This document shows positions 1 through 12,243 of a DNA stretch of 64,000 bases, piece by piece. The notes under the pieces are model-generated. The model was not told the DNA's origin and did not search any database. It was given only the letters and a program-made list of their open reading frames with translations. The stretch comes from Octopus vulgaris. Taxonomy: Eukaryota. The DNA is taken from the NCBI GenBank assembly GCA_951406725.2, contig OX597814.1, forward strand, positions 46,872,001 to 46,936,000. The letters are read 5' to 3'. Position 1 is the first letter of the stretch; every line of letters starts with the position of its first letter. The translations under genes and the position numbers were made by a program.

Positions 1-57
1 TCATATTGTATTGGGATTGCGACCCCTTACACGTGAAGAAGAAGGGAAGATAGTCAG
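1..57 (+). CDS. USP32: USP32 exon (partial at window edge): HIVLGLRPLTREEEGKIV
   Basis: Frame starts at nt 2; donor AG|gttaag; phase 2. Confidence 0.88.
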
Positions 58-652
58 GTTAAGAGAAATCATTTTTTGTGGCGTTTTTGATGTCTATATA
101 TTACTGTCTTGCATCCTTTATGTTTGGTTATTTTTGGTTATTCTACAGTATTGGTCAATTTCCTTTTTATGACTTGTATGTTTTTGTTTTACTCTATTGT
201 CATTTAGAAAGTATAGTATATGTTAAATTTTTGTGCTGTTGTGTTACATGACAGTCACACTTTAGAAGTAGTCATGGTAGGTGATGAAGATAATTAAAAA
301 AATATAAAATTAAATACTTTTACTAGAATACAACTAAGCAAAAAGTAATCTTTACATGTTGAACATGGATTTAGAGGGTTATTTTTTTAGAGTTAAAATG
401 ACTGGTAAATTATAGCATATTTGGTAAATGTAATTGGATACTTGTGAAGAAAGGTTTTTGGGTACCACTTTGATGTTGCTTTTTTTCCCCTCATATTTTG
501 TCTCTGTTCATGTTTAGATTTAATATGTACAAATCTTATTTTAAAACCAATACTTTAACATTTATTGATGTAAAGCATGTAACACTTTTCAGTTTTTCTC
601 ACTGTTTCTTCTCAATATAATTACATATACAAATCTCATTTTGTTTAATCAG

Positions 653-758
653 GGGTTGGTTAGAGAGAGAATCAAGAAAAGCCTTAAAAGTTGGTCAGAC
701 ATGGTACCTTATTAGTATGGCATGGTGGAATTCATGGAATGAGTATGTTACATCAGAA
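653..758 (+). CDS. USP32: USP32 exon, DUSP N-part: RGWLERESRKALKVGQTWYLISMAWWNSWNEYVTSE
   Basis: atcag| acceptor, |gtaagt donor; DUSP WYLIS..WW..W..YV motif. Confidence 0.93.
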
Positions 759-1103
759 GTAAGTATTGAAGTTCATTTAATTAAAATAAAAATTGATTTG
801 ATTTTTCTTTTAAAGAAAATATTGGTCAAATAATTGTTAAACATGAACTGTAATATACTTATTTGGACTAAATTACAAGAGATTTCCATCTTTTGTTCTC
901 ATTGATAATTTCTTGTTATTGATAATATTAATTTTCTGTTTTATTGATTGCATTTTTATTTGTTTAATTGCTCACATCTTAAATATTGTTAAATTTTGCA
1001 TATTTTAATAGGACTTCAAATTTTTTAACAGATTTGATGATGATTTTTTAGAATCAAAGTAACTGCATGTTGCTGATTTAATTCTCCTTTTATCATTCAA
1101 TAG

Positions 1104-1508
1104 GCTCCGCTCTCATACAATGATATTGATTTTCCTATATCAAATGATATAAAATGGTCAAGTATAGACTATTTGGGCCGACAGAGAATTGCTAAGAACA
1201 ATAAGAACTCTTTAATTGCAATGGAAGATGATTCAGTTGTAATGGTGAATGTAACAAAAGTTGAAAATAGCTACACTATGCAATCAATGACATCTAGTCT
1301 TCTAGATGATCACTGTTCTCGGTCAGCTGTCAGTTTGTGTGGTAATGCACGACAAGAAACTCTTAACCCACTTGACATGTGCAGCAATACAGTAAATCGT
1401 AGTCCCAGTGCATCTCCGAAGATGCGAAAGAAAACTCAGGTATATCCAGCTCCCCAGAAGCCTGGAGCTATTGACAATAGTCCTCTTGTACAAATAAATA
1501 CATCAAAG
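1104..1508 (+). CDS. USP32: USP32 exon, DUSP insertion ending PQKPGAIDNSPLVQINTSK
   Basis: aatag| acceptor, AAG|gtaaaa donor; 135 codons, in frame with ORF 1173..1562. Confidence 0.88.
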
Positions 1509-2055
1509 GTAAAAAAAACCCTACATTTTTTTTCTTTTTGCTTATTAAATCTCAGTGTTTGATTAAAAACTTGAATACTGATTATGAATTATAAACCTCT
1601 TATAATTATTATATCTTTCCCAAAAGGCAACTTGCTGGCAAGTTATCTAAGAAATTTGGTGAAAATAGTTATTCACATTTGACTGTCTAGTAATAAGAAC
1701 TCGAGCTTGATTTTAATTTTTGCTTTACATGCAATAAACACAAAGTGCTATACAGTAATCCCTTACCATATCATGGTTCAACTATTGCACGCTCAGAACA
1801 TTGTGGATTTTTCTGGCTAATATATGTAAATTTATATCCCAGTTTCCTCAGCACATTGCGGGTTTTTGTGGCCAATAGGTATTTATATTTTTTAGATTTT
1901 AATTATTTCTGTGGGAGGTTTTGGAATGTAACACCCATGATAGTCAAGGGATTATTGTAGTCTGATATTATTATTTGCCTTATATCTCATTAGACTATTA
2001 TTGTTTGACAAATTGTGTGTTTTTGTTTTTCTATCTTTGTTGTCCATTTGTTTAG

Positions 2056-2196
2056 GTAATGACTTTAACAATTGAAGGTGGTCGTCTAAAGAAAGATGTA
2101 CCATTAGTGAGATCTCGCGATTTTGAAATAGTTCCTGAACCAGTTTGGAGAGCTCTTTCTAGTTGGTATGGAGGCAATCCAGCTTTACCACGCACC
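2056..2196 (+). CDS. USP32: USP32 exon, DUSP C-part: VMTLTIEGGRLK...VPEPVWRALSSWYGGNPALPRT
   Basis: tttag| acceptor, |gtaaat donor; 47 codons. Confidence 0.93.
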
Positions 2197-2313
2197 GTAA
2201 ATATATTTTTAATATCTTTCTGTTATAAACCATGGGAATTATAAACTGGTGAATATCTGCTCCCATATTTTTGAATACCTTCACTTTTACTAAACTTACA
2301 TAAATATACACAT

Positions 2314-2835
2314 AGGTATAAGCATGGCTGTGTAATTAAGATGTTCATGGTGTATGTGTGTGTATACATTCACATCTGTGTCTGTATTTCACATTTGTAC
2401 TTCTGTGAAAATTAGCTAGAAGTGGAGATGTTATTGACACTTCTGTTCATAAAAAAAATCTGCTGGCCTTGCATCTTTGAAGACATGTGAAACAAGAGAC
2501 TCCTTACTTGAAAAATTAGTAAAAGTTAGTGACAGGAATGGTGTACTGCTCTGAAACAATGCCTCAATAATATATTTGTATAAACAATACAAGTATGGGG
2601 AAATGGATGTAAAAACAAAGCAAAAAGTACATCTGAGTAAAATATATTGAGACTAAAGAATTAATTTTCATATATTGATGACCACATCAATCTTAAAATA
2701 CTCAACCATGTAATTTTGGGTTCAGTCCCACTATATGGTACCATGGGCAAATGTCTTCTTCTATAGCTGCCTAACCGTGGGCTAACCAAAGTCATGTGTA
2801 TGGATTTGACAGACAGAGACTGAAAGAAGCCTATT
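2314..2835 (+). mobile_element. Degenerate tRNA-derived SINE fragments
   Basis: GGGTTCAGTCCCAC B-box, GGGCAAATGTCTTCT body and ACTGAAAGAAGCC, as in the intact copy at 33343-33724. Confidence 0.6.
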
Positions 2836-2869
2836 TTATATATATATATATATATATATAGTTCAAATT

Positions 2870-4685
2870 TATAGAAAAACAAATATGAGACAGGTGTAGG
2901 AACAACGAACAAGTGTATTAGTTTGATGTTCAGGAAAAATGGAAAAGTCTTTTACGTTTCAAGCCTACACTCTTTGACAGAAAGGAATAGAGAGAATGAA
3001 AAAAAAAGTCTTGAGTTCAGTAGTCCAACATGGCGAATGATTGGAAAAAAAGGGGTTGAATGAAAGGGAGATAATAATAAAGAGAGGTTGAATGAAGGGG
3101 AGATAATTCATGCTGATCCCAACAAGATGAGGAGCGCAAGTGTGTGCGTATGTGAGAATGGGGTCGTATTAGTTTGACTGTGTGTGTGTGTGTGTGTTTT
3201 GTGTGTAGCAATTGTGTGCTTTTTCATGTGGTGTGTGCATATGTGCGTGTGTGTGCCACTGTGACCAAATAGTGTGCATGTGTATAGTGTATGGATGTGG
3301 GCGAAAGTAATCTTTGTCTATATGTGTTGCATGTATGTGTATATATTGTCTGTGTTCAAGTATTATGTGCTTGTGGCAGTGTGCGTGATGGTGTGTGGTG
3401 TGTACTGAGTTAAACAGTGTGTGTGGCTGCTCATATAGTGTTATGTGTGGTGACACTATTGAAGATTGTGTGTGTGTGGATGATGGTGTGTTGTGTGTGG
3501 AGTGGGAAGTTGTGGGTAGGTGTGTAATTGTGTGTCAAGTGAGTGTGAATCCATATGGGATTGATGTCAAATGAAGAGAGGTGGTTAGGTTGTGTCAGAT
3601 GAAGAGAGGGGGTGAGTTAAGCCCATATGGCACAAAGGAATGAAAAGAGATTACTTGCTGTTCACGGTGAAGGCGGGAGTTCAGGAGGCTCCTCTGCAGA
3701 GACAGTCCAAACACAGACATGTTATGGCGAATGACCATTAGAGCAGAACTGGCATGAGACCAGAGTGTCATTGCTGAGTCTGATGTCCTAGAGGTACTCC
3801 ATGAACTGGTCAGCCAAGCAGTGTCCCGTTTGACCAATATACAAGGAAGGACAGAGAGAGCAGGGGATCAGTAAATGACATTACTAGAGGTACAGGTAAA
3901 GGAGTCAGTGACATGATAGGGATCGTGATGGGTGCCTGTGAAGATGGATGTGGCAGATGTGACAGCGTGGGCAGTGGAAGGAGCCAGGCTGGGAGGTAGG
4001 GGTAGGGAAGAAACTGTGGACCAGGTCATGCAGGTTATGGGCTCATTTGAAGGAGAGAAGGAGTAGGTTAAAGAAGATGTGCATGGTGGAGGGGTGAGAT
4101 TGGGGTTTCCAGAAGGCTTGGAGAATGGTGCATTGGAGGGGTGTCAGGTGAGAAGAGACAGGTAAGGGTGGGGTGGAGAAAGAGCAGAGGCATGGTCCAC
4201 AGATCGTTCTCGGGCAAGGGCAGTGTGGATAATGGTGAGGGGATATCCATGTAGGATGAAGTGGTGAGCCATGAGTTGAGACTGAGTCTCAGTCATGGTT
4301 GTCAATGCAGAGCCTACGTAGACAGAGGATTTGGGAGTAAGGGATAGTGAGCTTAATGTGGGTTGTGTGGGAGGAGAGGAAATTAAGGTAGGAGTGTGAG
4401 TCAGTGTGTTTGTAGTGGATGGAGGTAGTGAGAGTGGTGTGGTCAATGCTGACAGAAATGTCAAGAAATTCGAAAGAAAAGTTAGAGATAGTGCAGGAGA
4501 ATTCAAGGGCAGGATAGGACAAAGTTGTTCATGGGAGAGTGAGGTTGCACCGATACAGTTATCGATATAATGACCATATAGCTTGGGTGTGGGACCAGTG
4601 AATTGTGAGAATATTTGGGCCTAATATAGCCAACAAACAAGTTTGCATAGTTGGGGCCCATTCTCATTCCCATGGCCACTCCAGA
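2870..4685 (-). mobile_element. Penelope-like retroelement remnant (5'-truncated RT, GIY-YIG endonuclease, CA-rich 3' region, pLTR with decayed hammerhead)
   Basis: Minus-strand peptides GVAMGMRMGPNYANLF, FLDISV..HYKHTDSHSYLNFLSSH, IPYSQILCLRRLC and NVIY.IPCSLCPSLYIGQTG; stops and frameshifts present. Confidence 0.85.
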
Positions 4686-5964
4686 GTTCTATTACAAAAA
4701 CTCACCCACAAACAAGAAGCATTTGAGAAATAGATAGATAGATAGATGGATGGATATATGTTTATGTATGTATGACTGTATGTGTGTATTTGTGTGAGTG
4801 AGTTCCTACTTTCCTTGCATTCACTACTTGCTAAACAATGGTATCCTGACAGTTTTGTTTGTTTGCAGTCTACCATGAATGCATATCTAGGCTGTTTGAT
4901 GGAATGGGAGATTATTAACTATCTTGAAAACAAGTTAGGGTTTACGGTAAGAAGGACATCGAGCTATGGAAAACACTGTCTTAGTGTACTCTTGTCTAAC
5001 CCTGGCACATTTGGAAAAGTAGATTTTAAAACACTATTGTTATTGATCATGTTGAGGATCTTGTGTATGCTCTCAGCAGTTTTTAATTACCTGTTATAAA
5101 AATCTCACCCTTTTTATTCCTGTCATATTAATGTTATGTTAAGACTATAGATTATTGCAAATAATATATTCATCTCACTGTGTTGATTTGGTTAAGCTAA
5201 TTACAATATCAGTCAATAATCTAAAAATGCATGCTTGTACCAGATAAATGAAGTGTGATTTTTGTTAAATGTTTTGCAGTTTATGAAGCCAATGAATGAT
5301 AAAATGAAAATAATTGACCTGTTTAGTGGTGTTAAAATGTGTTTCTTTTCAGAGAGATTAAAATAAAGAAAAAATTAAGATTATGGATTAGTAAACATTT
5401 AAAAAATATAATCTTTTGAGTCTTAATCATGCTCCTAATTCTATAAATTTATAACACTTCTTGGTTTTTTATGTATCTTTGAATTCTTAGTTGTGATTTA
5501 GTAAATTTATTTCAGTAAAATTTTCCATGCTAACAAATTGGTAATACACTGCATTCTCTAAACTTATGCTTGGAGTAGGTTCAATTTTCAGGTTATTTCT
5601 AATTGCAATCACTCTACCGTGAATTTGATTTGTTAGATATATTGAAATGTAGTTATGATTTAACACAATGTATGGCAAGATACACAGTTTACAGACAAAA
5701 TATTCTACATTTAAAAATTTAGTTGCCATATTTCTCCATTTTTTAAAAATTTAGATAGTCCTTCTGCCACCAGATTAAATTCATTTGGATTTTTACATTG
5801 AGCATATGGGCAGGAAAACAAACAATGCACAATGAAACAACTCTTCTAAACATGTATCACAAATGACAATAATAAAAGCTGTTTTGATTACTAGAATACT
5901 ATATTGTTGAGTGTGTATGGATTAGAGGTATATATTTAATATATTTGTGTATTTCTCTGTATAG

Positions 5965-6118
5965 GTAATTACTTCATCAAAAGGTAATGCATATTCAGAA
6001 TTAGAGTTATATCCAATAACCGTCCGCCTGTTTCGACATCAAAATATACCCCAAAAGCCTGTCCAAACAACTTCAACTTTCACTGGAATGATGGCTGGAA
6101 TTAGTGGCATGACATTTA
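5965..6118 (+). CDS. USP32: USP32 exon: VITSSKGNAYSELELYPITVRLFRHQ...
   Basis: atag| acceptor, |gtaagt donor; ELELYP motif; phase 1. Confidence 0.9.
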
Positions 6119-6361
6119 GTAAGTAATTTTATTTGCTATTATTTTCTTGATTTTATTTAATCTATTTATTGAAATCTATCTGCAACAAATTTAAATTAAC
6201 TTCTGCAACAATTAAACTTCATATGTCCTTCCCCATAATCTGACATGTAATACAGATTAATCATGAAGACTCAGCTAATTTGTTTTCCTTATTTGAAATA
6301 AATTAGTTACTGCATTTATTTTTGATTTAAATGTATCTTTTCAAGTAGAGCACTGGTAATG

Positions 6362-6510
6362 ATTGGCTAAGAGGTTTGCTTTTCAGCCATGTGTCTTGGG
6401 TTCAATCCTATTGCATGCCATCTTGGACAAGTGCCTTCTATCATAGTCTTCAGTTGATCTGTTCCTTGTGAGTGGAAAGTGGTAGATAGAATATGTGTAG
6501 AAACCCATTT
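6362..6510 (+). mobile_element. Degenerate SINE
   Basis: GGGTTCAATCC B-box, CTTGGACAAGTGCCTTCT body and CCTTGTGAGTGGA. Confidence 0.55.
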
Positions 6511-7273
6511 TGTGTGTGTATAGATATGTGAGGAACATGCTCTAAGTACACAGAGTAGAAGTAAATTATCAATAAAATGCCTCATCACTATGAGATAGTT
6601 TATAAAAATATTTTACAGCAAAAATACTTACTTGTTTGTGTGTGGTTGGTGTAAGGAAGGGCATCCTGTCATAAAAAAGTGTGTTTATTTAGGTGTGTCA
6701 GCTTTTAGGTCATTAAATTTTTAAAGGTTCACAAAAGAATATTAAGTGGTCAACAGATTTCTTTATTTGTTGTTGGTATTATTTGGAAGATTTAATTTGT
6801 TTTTGGAAGTTGGATGTTATCAGTCAAGCATGTAAAACTATGTGATTAGGTGTGTTGATTTAGGTGTGTCAGCTTTAGGTCATGGTGTTGTTAATATAGA
6901 AATTTACGTTTCGTATTTTAATGTTCACAGAAAGACTAAAGTAGGTGTAAAGGTTAGTTGGTCAGTAGATTTCTCACTATGAGTTAATTGTTGTAGATGT
7001 TATTTGATTACAATATACAAAATTTGACCTTTGTGTTTTAGGTGAGTAGAGTTTGTGAGCTATGTTTTTATATTTCTTCTATTCCATTTCAAGCATGGGT
7101 ATTTTATAATAAATTATTTTCAACCTGTGGCTATACATAAATGTGGGGTATTATAAGAATGTGTACATATAATTTCATATAAAAATACACTCAGACAAAA
7201 AAAATTTCTAAACCAAATTAATCCTCCATCAACCTTGCATATATATATATGTATGTATGTATGTGTATGTATA

Positions 7274-8143
7274 CAAGGTTTACAGACTTTTTCAGGAGAG
7301 GCATTTAATAATTTCAAAGAAGTACAAAATTCTCATCTCCTTCAAAACAGCATCCTCTGACTTTGATGCACTTGTTGTAGTACTCCAACCACTTTGTGAA
7401 GGCCACGTGAAAGTTCTCCAAAGTGAAGGTGTTCAAGATCCTTGTCACAACCTCCTTTATCTTCAAAATGACTGATCTTAAGCTTGAGTGGACGACAACC
7501 AAAGGTCACATGGAGCAAGGTAACACAAAGGCTGGATTGTTTGGAGGCTGAGAGAATGTTTTGATGTCTGTCTCTCTCAAATAGTCGGTTACAAGATGTT
7601 TATCACTGAACAACCTATGAACAAATTTTGGACATGTTCAGATCTTTATGAATAATTCTGTGTACAGTTGCCACACCAATTCCAAACTGTACCTTTATAG
7701 ACACATGACAGATGTCTATGGAAAATCACAAATTTTCTTAACCAGGTCTGCTGTTTAGATGTTCTTCCTGCATCTCTCATCCTCTTTCACTTCCCCTCTA
7801 CCATCCTTTAGCCTGTAATGCCAGCATAAAAGTTAATCCATAAGCAGCCTGGAGCATTTTGTAAGTTTCTTTAGCATTTTTGTCCATTTTTTTTGCAAAA
7901 CATTGTTCTATAGCCAGCTTCCAAACATCCCGACTGCATTTTGTAAACTGGTCAGCTGTGACAAGCAATGTTTAATAGGGTATTTTCAAAGTGCAGTTAT
8001 AGTCGTTTTGTTCAATCTGGAATAACAAAAGTCTACAGGTCAGCTTATTAGATATATAGTAATGATATACTAAAATTACAATAATCTAGGACAGTTGGAA
8101 CTGCCACTCCTAAAAAGTCTCAAAATTTCTGGAGTGTACCTTG
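7274..8143 (-). mobile_element. Mariner-like DNA transposon relic
   Basis: Minus peptide KWLEYYNKCIKVRGCCFEGD (mariner C-terminus); imperfect TIRs TA-CAAGGT...AGACTTTTT..GGAG at both ends. Confidence 0.65.
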
Positions 8144-8777
8144 TATATGTATAAATGTATGCTTGTACACTTATATTAGAAATTTTTTGAGATATTTTTG
8201 TTGCAAGTTGGGCAACTTTTACATAATTTCTTCTGATAAATCTGTGATGCTAATGTTTGCATATATTATGGGGATATTTTGTGCTGTGGAGGAGGGGAGA
8301 AAAATATGTGAGATATTAGCCAATAGAAAAAAAAAAAACTATTGGTTTGAAATGTTTTAGTGCTTTGATGATTTTGTGTTTGCAGAAAGAGATTATTCAG
8401 AATTTTAGGTTAATAGTTTGAAAGTATATAGAAGCTGCTGTGATAGCTAAAACAAACTAAACAAGAATGACAATTATTAGAATGTTTCAGGTGTAATTAC
8501 TTTGATTCTTTCAAGAAGTGTAGAAGTTTCACTAGCATCATTATTACAGACTTTCTCTTTGTGTATTATCCATCTCATATATTGCATTATGGATTATTCT
8601 ATTCAAGAGTGTTTTAATTGAAATCACCATTCACCATTCTGTGGATTTAGATATATTGAAATAAAAATGGAACTTTAAATTACCTTTTGATTCTATTTTA
8701 ACTTAAATTCATCATTTAATTGTTAAATACATTTTCAATTAAAAAGAAAAAAATGTAATATTTCTTGATATTTATAG

Positions 8778-8932
8778 ATATTGCCAACTTTTCAGCAAAT
8801 ACACCCCGCCGATATTTAGCTTACACTGCAGCATTTAGCCGACATCATACATTGCAACAAATCTATGAATTTCTATGTGGAAGACTTCGATTTAATAAAG
8901 AAGATATTCGACTTTGGAAGTTTAAAGATGAG
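8778..8932 (+). CDS. USP32: USP32 exon, Ubl-like: ...RRYLAYTAAFSRHHTLQQIYEFLCGRLRFNKEDIRLWKFKDE
   Basis: tatag| acceptor (in-frame alternative at 8796), GAG|gtatat donor. Confidence 0.88.
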
Positions 8933-10241
8933 GTATATTGTGTTTGAAGATATTTCAGTTGAATGTTAATAGTTAAATATTTTGTTTTATCAATTTTTTT
9001 CAAAACTTCTATTTGTTCATCTGTCATCCTAAAAGACATAGAAAAAACATTTTCTTTGAAGATAGCCTTTCATAAGGCATTTATGTCTTTCAGAATTGAC
9101 TTATATAATTGTAGCTGGAATTATCTTTTAAATGGTTTGTGTAAATACATGAGTTATAAAAGTTAAATTAATGATGTATACTTAAGGTTTTGAGCACCAT
9201 CTATTTTTTTTTCACAATGAATCTTTTGAAAGAGTTTGCCTTATAAAAGAAAGTAGTCTTTGAAAAATTTTGATGTTTGCCTGTGCAAATATTTTTATGA
9301 TTGGTTGTTTTACTTATAGCTAAATATTCAACCATGAATTAGTAGCAGTAGCTTCAGTTCTGAATTAGCTTGTATGATTTAAACTATATAATGATATAAT
9401 TATCTTATTTCTTTCTGTCACTTTTAGACTCCCACACAAAACATTTCATTCAGACCGCCTTTTTTAGCAAATAGAATTAGAATCTGAAGAAAATAATAAT
9501 AGTGAAATTAATAATTGAGTAAAGTTTGCAAATTTGGATGTTTGCATGATGTTGAGAGTATTTATACTTTGACCACACCAATATGGTTATCTCTGTCTTT
9601 GGGGGATAGGAAAAAGTATAAATCGGTGTTACGGATTGATATATATATGCACAGGAATATATTTGTGTGTATGGAAACATCATGGCATATGAACTTATTT
9701 GTATTTCAAAATGTTATTTCACACATCTTCATACAGGGTAATGTCTTTCCTGCTTATAGATTCTAAGGCACTTTAAGTTAGCTGGTTTTTCACCAGTTTT
9801 ATACTTCTGTCCTGGATAGTGGAAGTGCTTCACCCTTGATTCTTCAGACTCAGTAAATTAGCTGACTGAAACCAGCCTCTAAGGCATGTCCCCCTACTGC
9901 TCATATTTGCCCAGAACTTCCCCAAAATAGTTCAATTATAGCTGTGCTGCAGCAGTCAGGCAAAGAACAAAGCCTACAGTACTTTGAAAAAAATGACCCA
10001 CCACTTTCTATCTTACAACACTTGAGATTGAATATTAATTAATGTCAACAAACCATGTCAATTTAACCTTGGAAACTCTCAACATAACTCAGCTTAAGAT
10101 ATTTGAAGAAAGGAAAATAAATTAGAAAGATAAAATAAATGCGATAAATATCAAAAGGGCTTTTTATACTCAGGTTGTATTTATAACTCATGATGTCTTT
10201 TTTTTCACTTTGATTCCATTTAAACTTTTTATTTGTTTCAG

Positions 10242-10323
10242 CATAACATGACTCTTTTGGAGGATGACTGTATGACATTAGAAGATGCTGGGGTGGAAGA
10301 AAATCAACAAATTCTTATTGAAG
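10242..10323 (+). CDS. USP32: USP32 exon: HNMTLLEDDCMTLEDAGVEENQQILIE
   Basis: tttcag| acceptor, G|gtaaat donor; phase 1. Confidence 0.9.
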
Positions 10324-10749
10324 GTAAATATTTTTAGGGTATTTCATTTCAATGAAACATTAATTTGTCCTTAATTTGAGCCAATTTCATAGTGCAAAAT
10401 TAGTAATAGATTACTAATTCTTTAGGAACAAGAATTTAGCAATTTTAACTTTTTATATATAAGTTAATTATTCATTCTCAAATTTTATTCTTTTTTTTTC
10501 CATATATTAGAGTCACCAACAGAAATTCCTTTTAAATTTTTAATCAAACAAAAAAGAATGCGCCACCAGTACAAAAAAAAAAAAAGAAACAATTTGGTTA
10601 TCTTGGACCAAACAGTAAGATATAAGAGAGTATTGTAGTTTGTTTGAAGCATTGTGTATTGTTTGTAAAGAATAAAATGTTTTGAATGACACAACAATGC
10701 ACTATAAAACAAACATTGGACTATAATAACTTTTGTAATTTAATCATCC

Positions 10750-11655
10750 ATAATCTGATATGATATTTCAGAATAAAATTCCTTCTTCAGATATCCTTAG
10801 GAATTGGTGGAGTCACTGCTATAATCGGTTTTCCAATGGCTTTTCTGTTTCTTTTGTTTTTTTTTTTTACGGAAACGTCTCAGCAGTGGTCACACGAAGC
10901 TCCTTCCGGAATTCCTCATGAGATGTGCGTGAGGTCGGCCATGTCTCAATCTCGTGTGTGCTGGCACATCTGTTGCGCTGCTTCTAAGTTATGGGATATA
11001 CGTGCAGCTTCCTTCCCCACCTTTTTTTTTTGCTATAAACAATACATGAGAATGTTATCAAAAATGAACCTACATGCATCCAGATGTAGCTAAATAATAT
11101 ATTGATTACCAACCTCCATGCTGTTGTTAATTTGGGGCCCTAGTCTGAGTACAAGTATAGCTTCCTTAATTCTTAAATTACCCAAATTTCTTTCATTGGC
11201 TTCAATTGTGACTGTTATGCTTTTGTCGGTGTTCTGACATCTGTCTAGATGTTTTCTAAAGGAGGAGACTCTCCTGTTCAGATGTACTTTGATGCGGACA
11301 TGTAACAGTCTTGTTGTGCTACGCACATAGAACTTGTTGTATTTGTTACATTGTATTCTATACACAACATTTACCCATTGGCATAAATCTGTGTCACGGA
11401 CGGGACAGTTTGTTAGTGTGCATTGATTGTTGTCCCTTGTTCATTTCTTTGCGAGGTGTCTTCTCAGAGAGGGGCTGGAGTGAGCTAGTTGTATCTCTAG
11501 CCCTTCTCTTCTTATGGCTCTTAAGATGGATGTAGTTATCCTCTTGCTAAAATGGAGCATTTCAGAGAAGCATGTGTTGCTGGTGTTCGACGTGTTGGTT
11601 GTCTTGGGTACTTAAGCCAATTTACAATGGATCTAGGATACTCGTTGGTTTTTAA
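10750..11655 (-). mobile_element. Penelope-like element 3' remnant (GIY-YIG domain and pLTR)
   Basis: ORF 11090..11365 VYRIQCNKYNKFYVRSTTRLLHVRIKVHL...LRIKEAILV..LGPQIN; hammerhead motif downstream. Confidence 0.75.
10757..10795 (-). ncRNA. Minimal type I hammerhead ribozyme motif of a Penelope pLTR
   Basis: Minus strand reads GATAT-CTGAAGA-A-GGAAT-TTT-ATTCT-GAAATATC-ATATC: stem I GATAT/ATATC, CUGANGA core, stem II, GAAA, palindromic ATAT stem III, AUC cleavage triplet. Confidence 0.7.
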
Positions 11656-11809
11656 ATTTGTTAAAGCTAAGAAAAAAAGTTCTGATAAAATGGATCAAAG
11701 CCTACATTTTACTACAAAGCAAAATACAAATGTCGTCTAAATCTATGGATTTACACATTTGGGGGAAAACAATACATATTTGAATCACTCTTTTTCTCTC
11801 TTGCTTTGC

Positions 11810-12205
11810 TTCCCTACCATATGGTTTTATGTTCAGTACCTTTGCATGGCACTTTTAGTGTCTTTTACTGTAACCCCGAGTTGAGCAATGACTTGTGAGT
11901 AGATTTTGGTAATGGAAACTGAAAGAAGCCTGTTGAGTGTGTGTGTGTGTGTGCATGAGTGCTTACATGTCTGTTTACATTTGCACTTCTCTGCAAATCA
12001 CTGAACTTCAAGAAATGACATTGTCATTTCCCCTGTCTACAGATCATCTGATGGTTTTTGCATTTTCAAAGATGTGTGGAATAAAAGATCACTTAATTGA
12101 AAAACAAGTAAGGGTTAGTGACAGGAAAGGCATCTAGCTATAAAACAATATCTCAATAGTTCTCTAACCCTTGCTAACATGGAAAAACGAACATAAAATG
12201 AAATG
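11810..12205 (+). mobile_element. SINE with an RTE-like 3' tail
   Basis: CTTGTGAGTAGATTTTGGTAATGGAAACTGAAAGAAGCC body, then GACAGGAAAGGCATCTAGCT...AACCCTTGCTAACATGGAAAAACG tail. Confidence 0.6.
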
Positions 12206-12243
12206 AATGAATTATTTTATTCCGATATATATATATATATATA

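Noticed and set aside
3017-3456. His/Thr-rich ORFs on the minus strand
   Set aside because: Translations of CA-rich low-complexity sequence inside the Penelope remnant.
6685-6975. Degenerate ~170-bp direct duplication (TTTAGGTGTGTCAGCTTT)
   Set aside because: Old local tandem duplication with no other signal.
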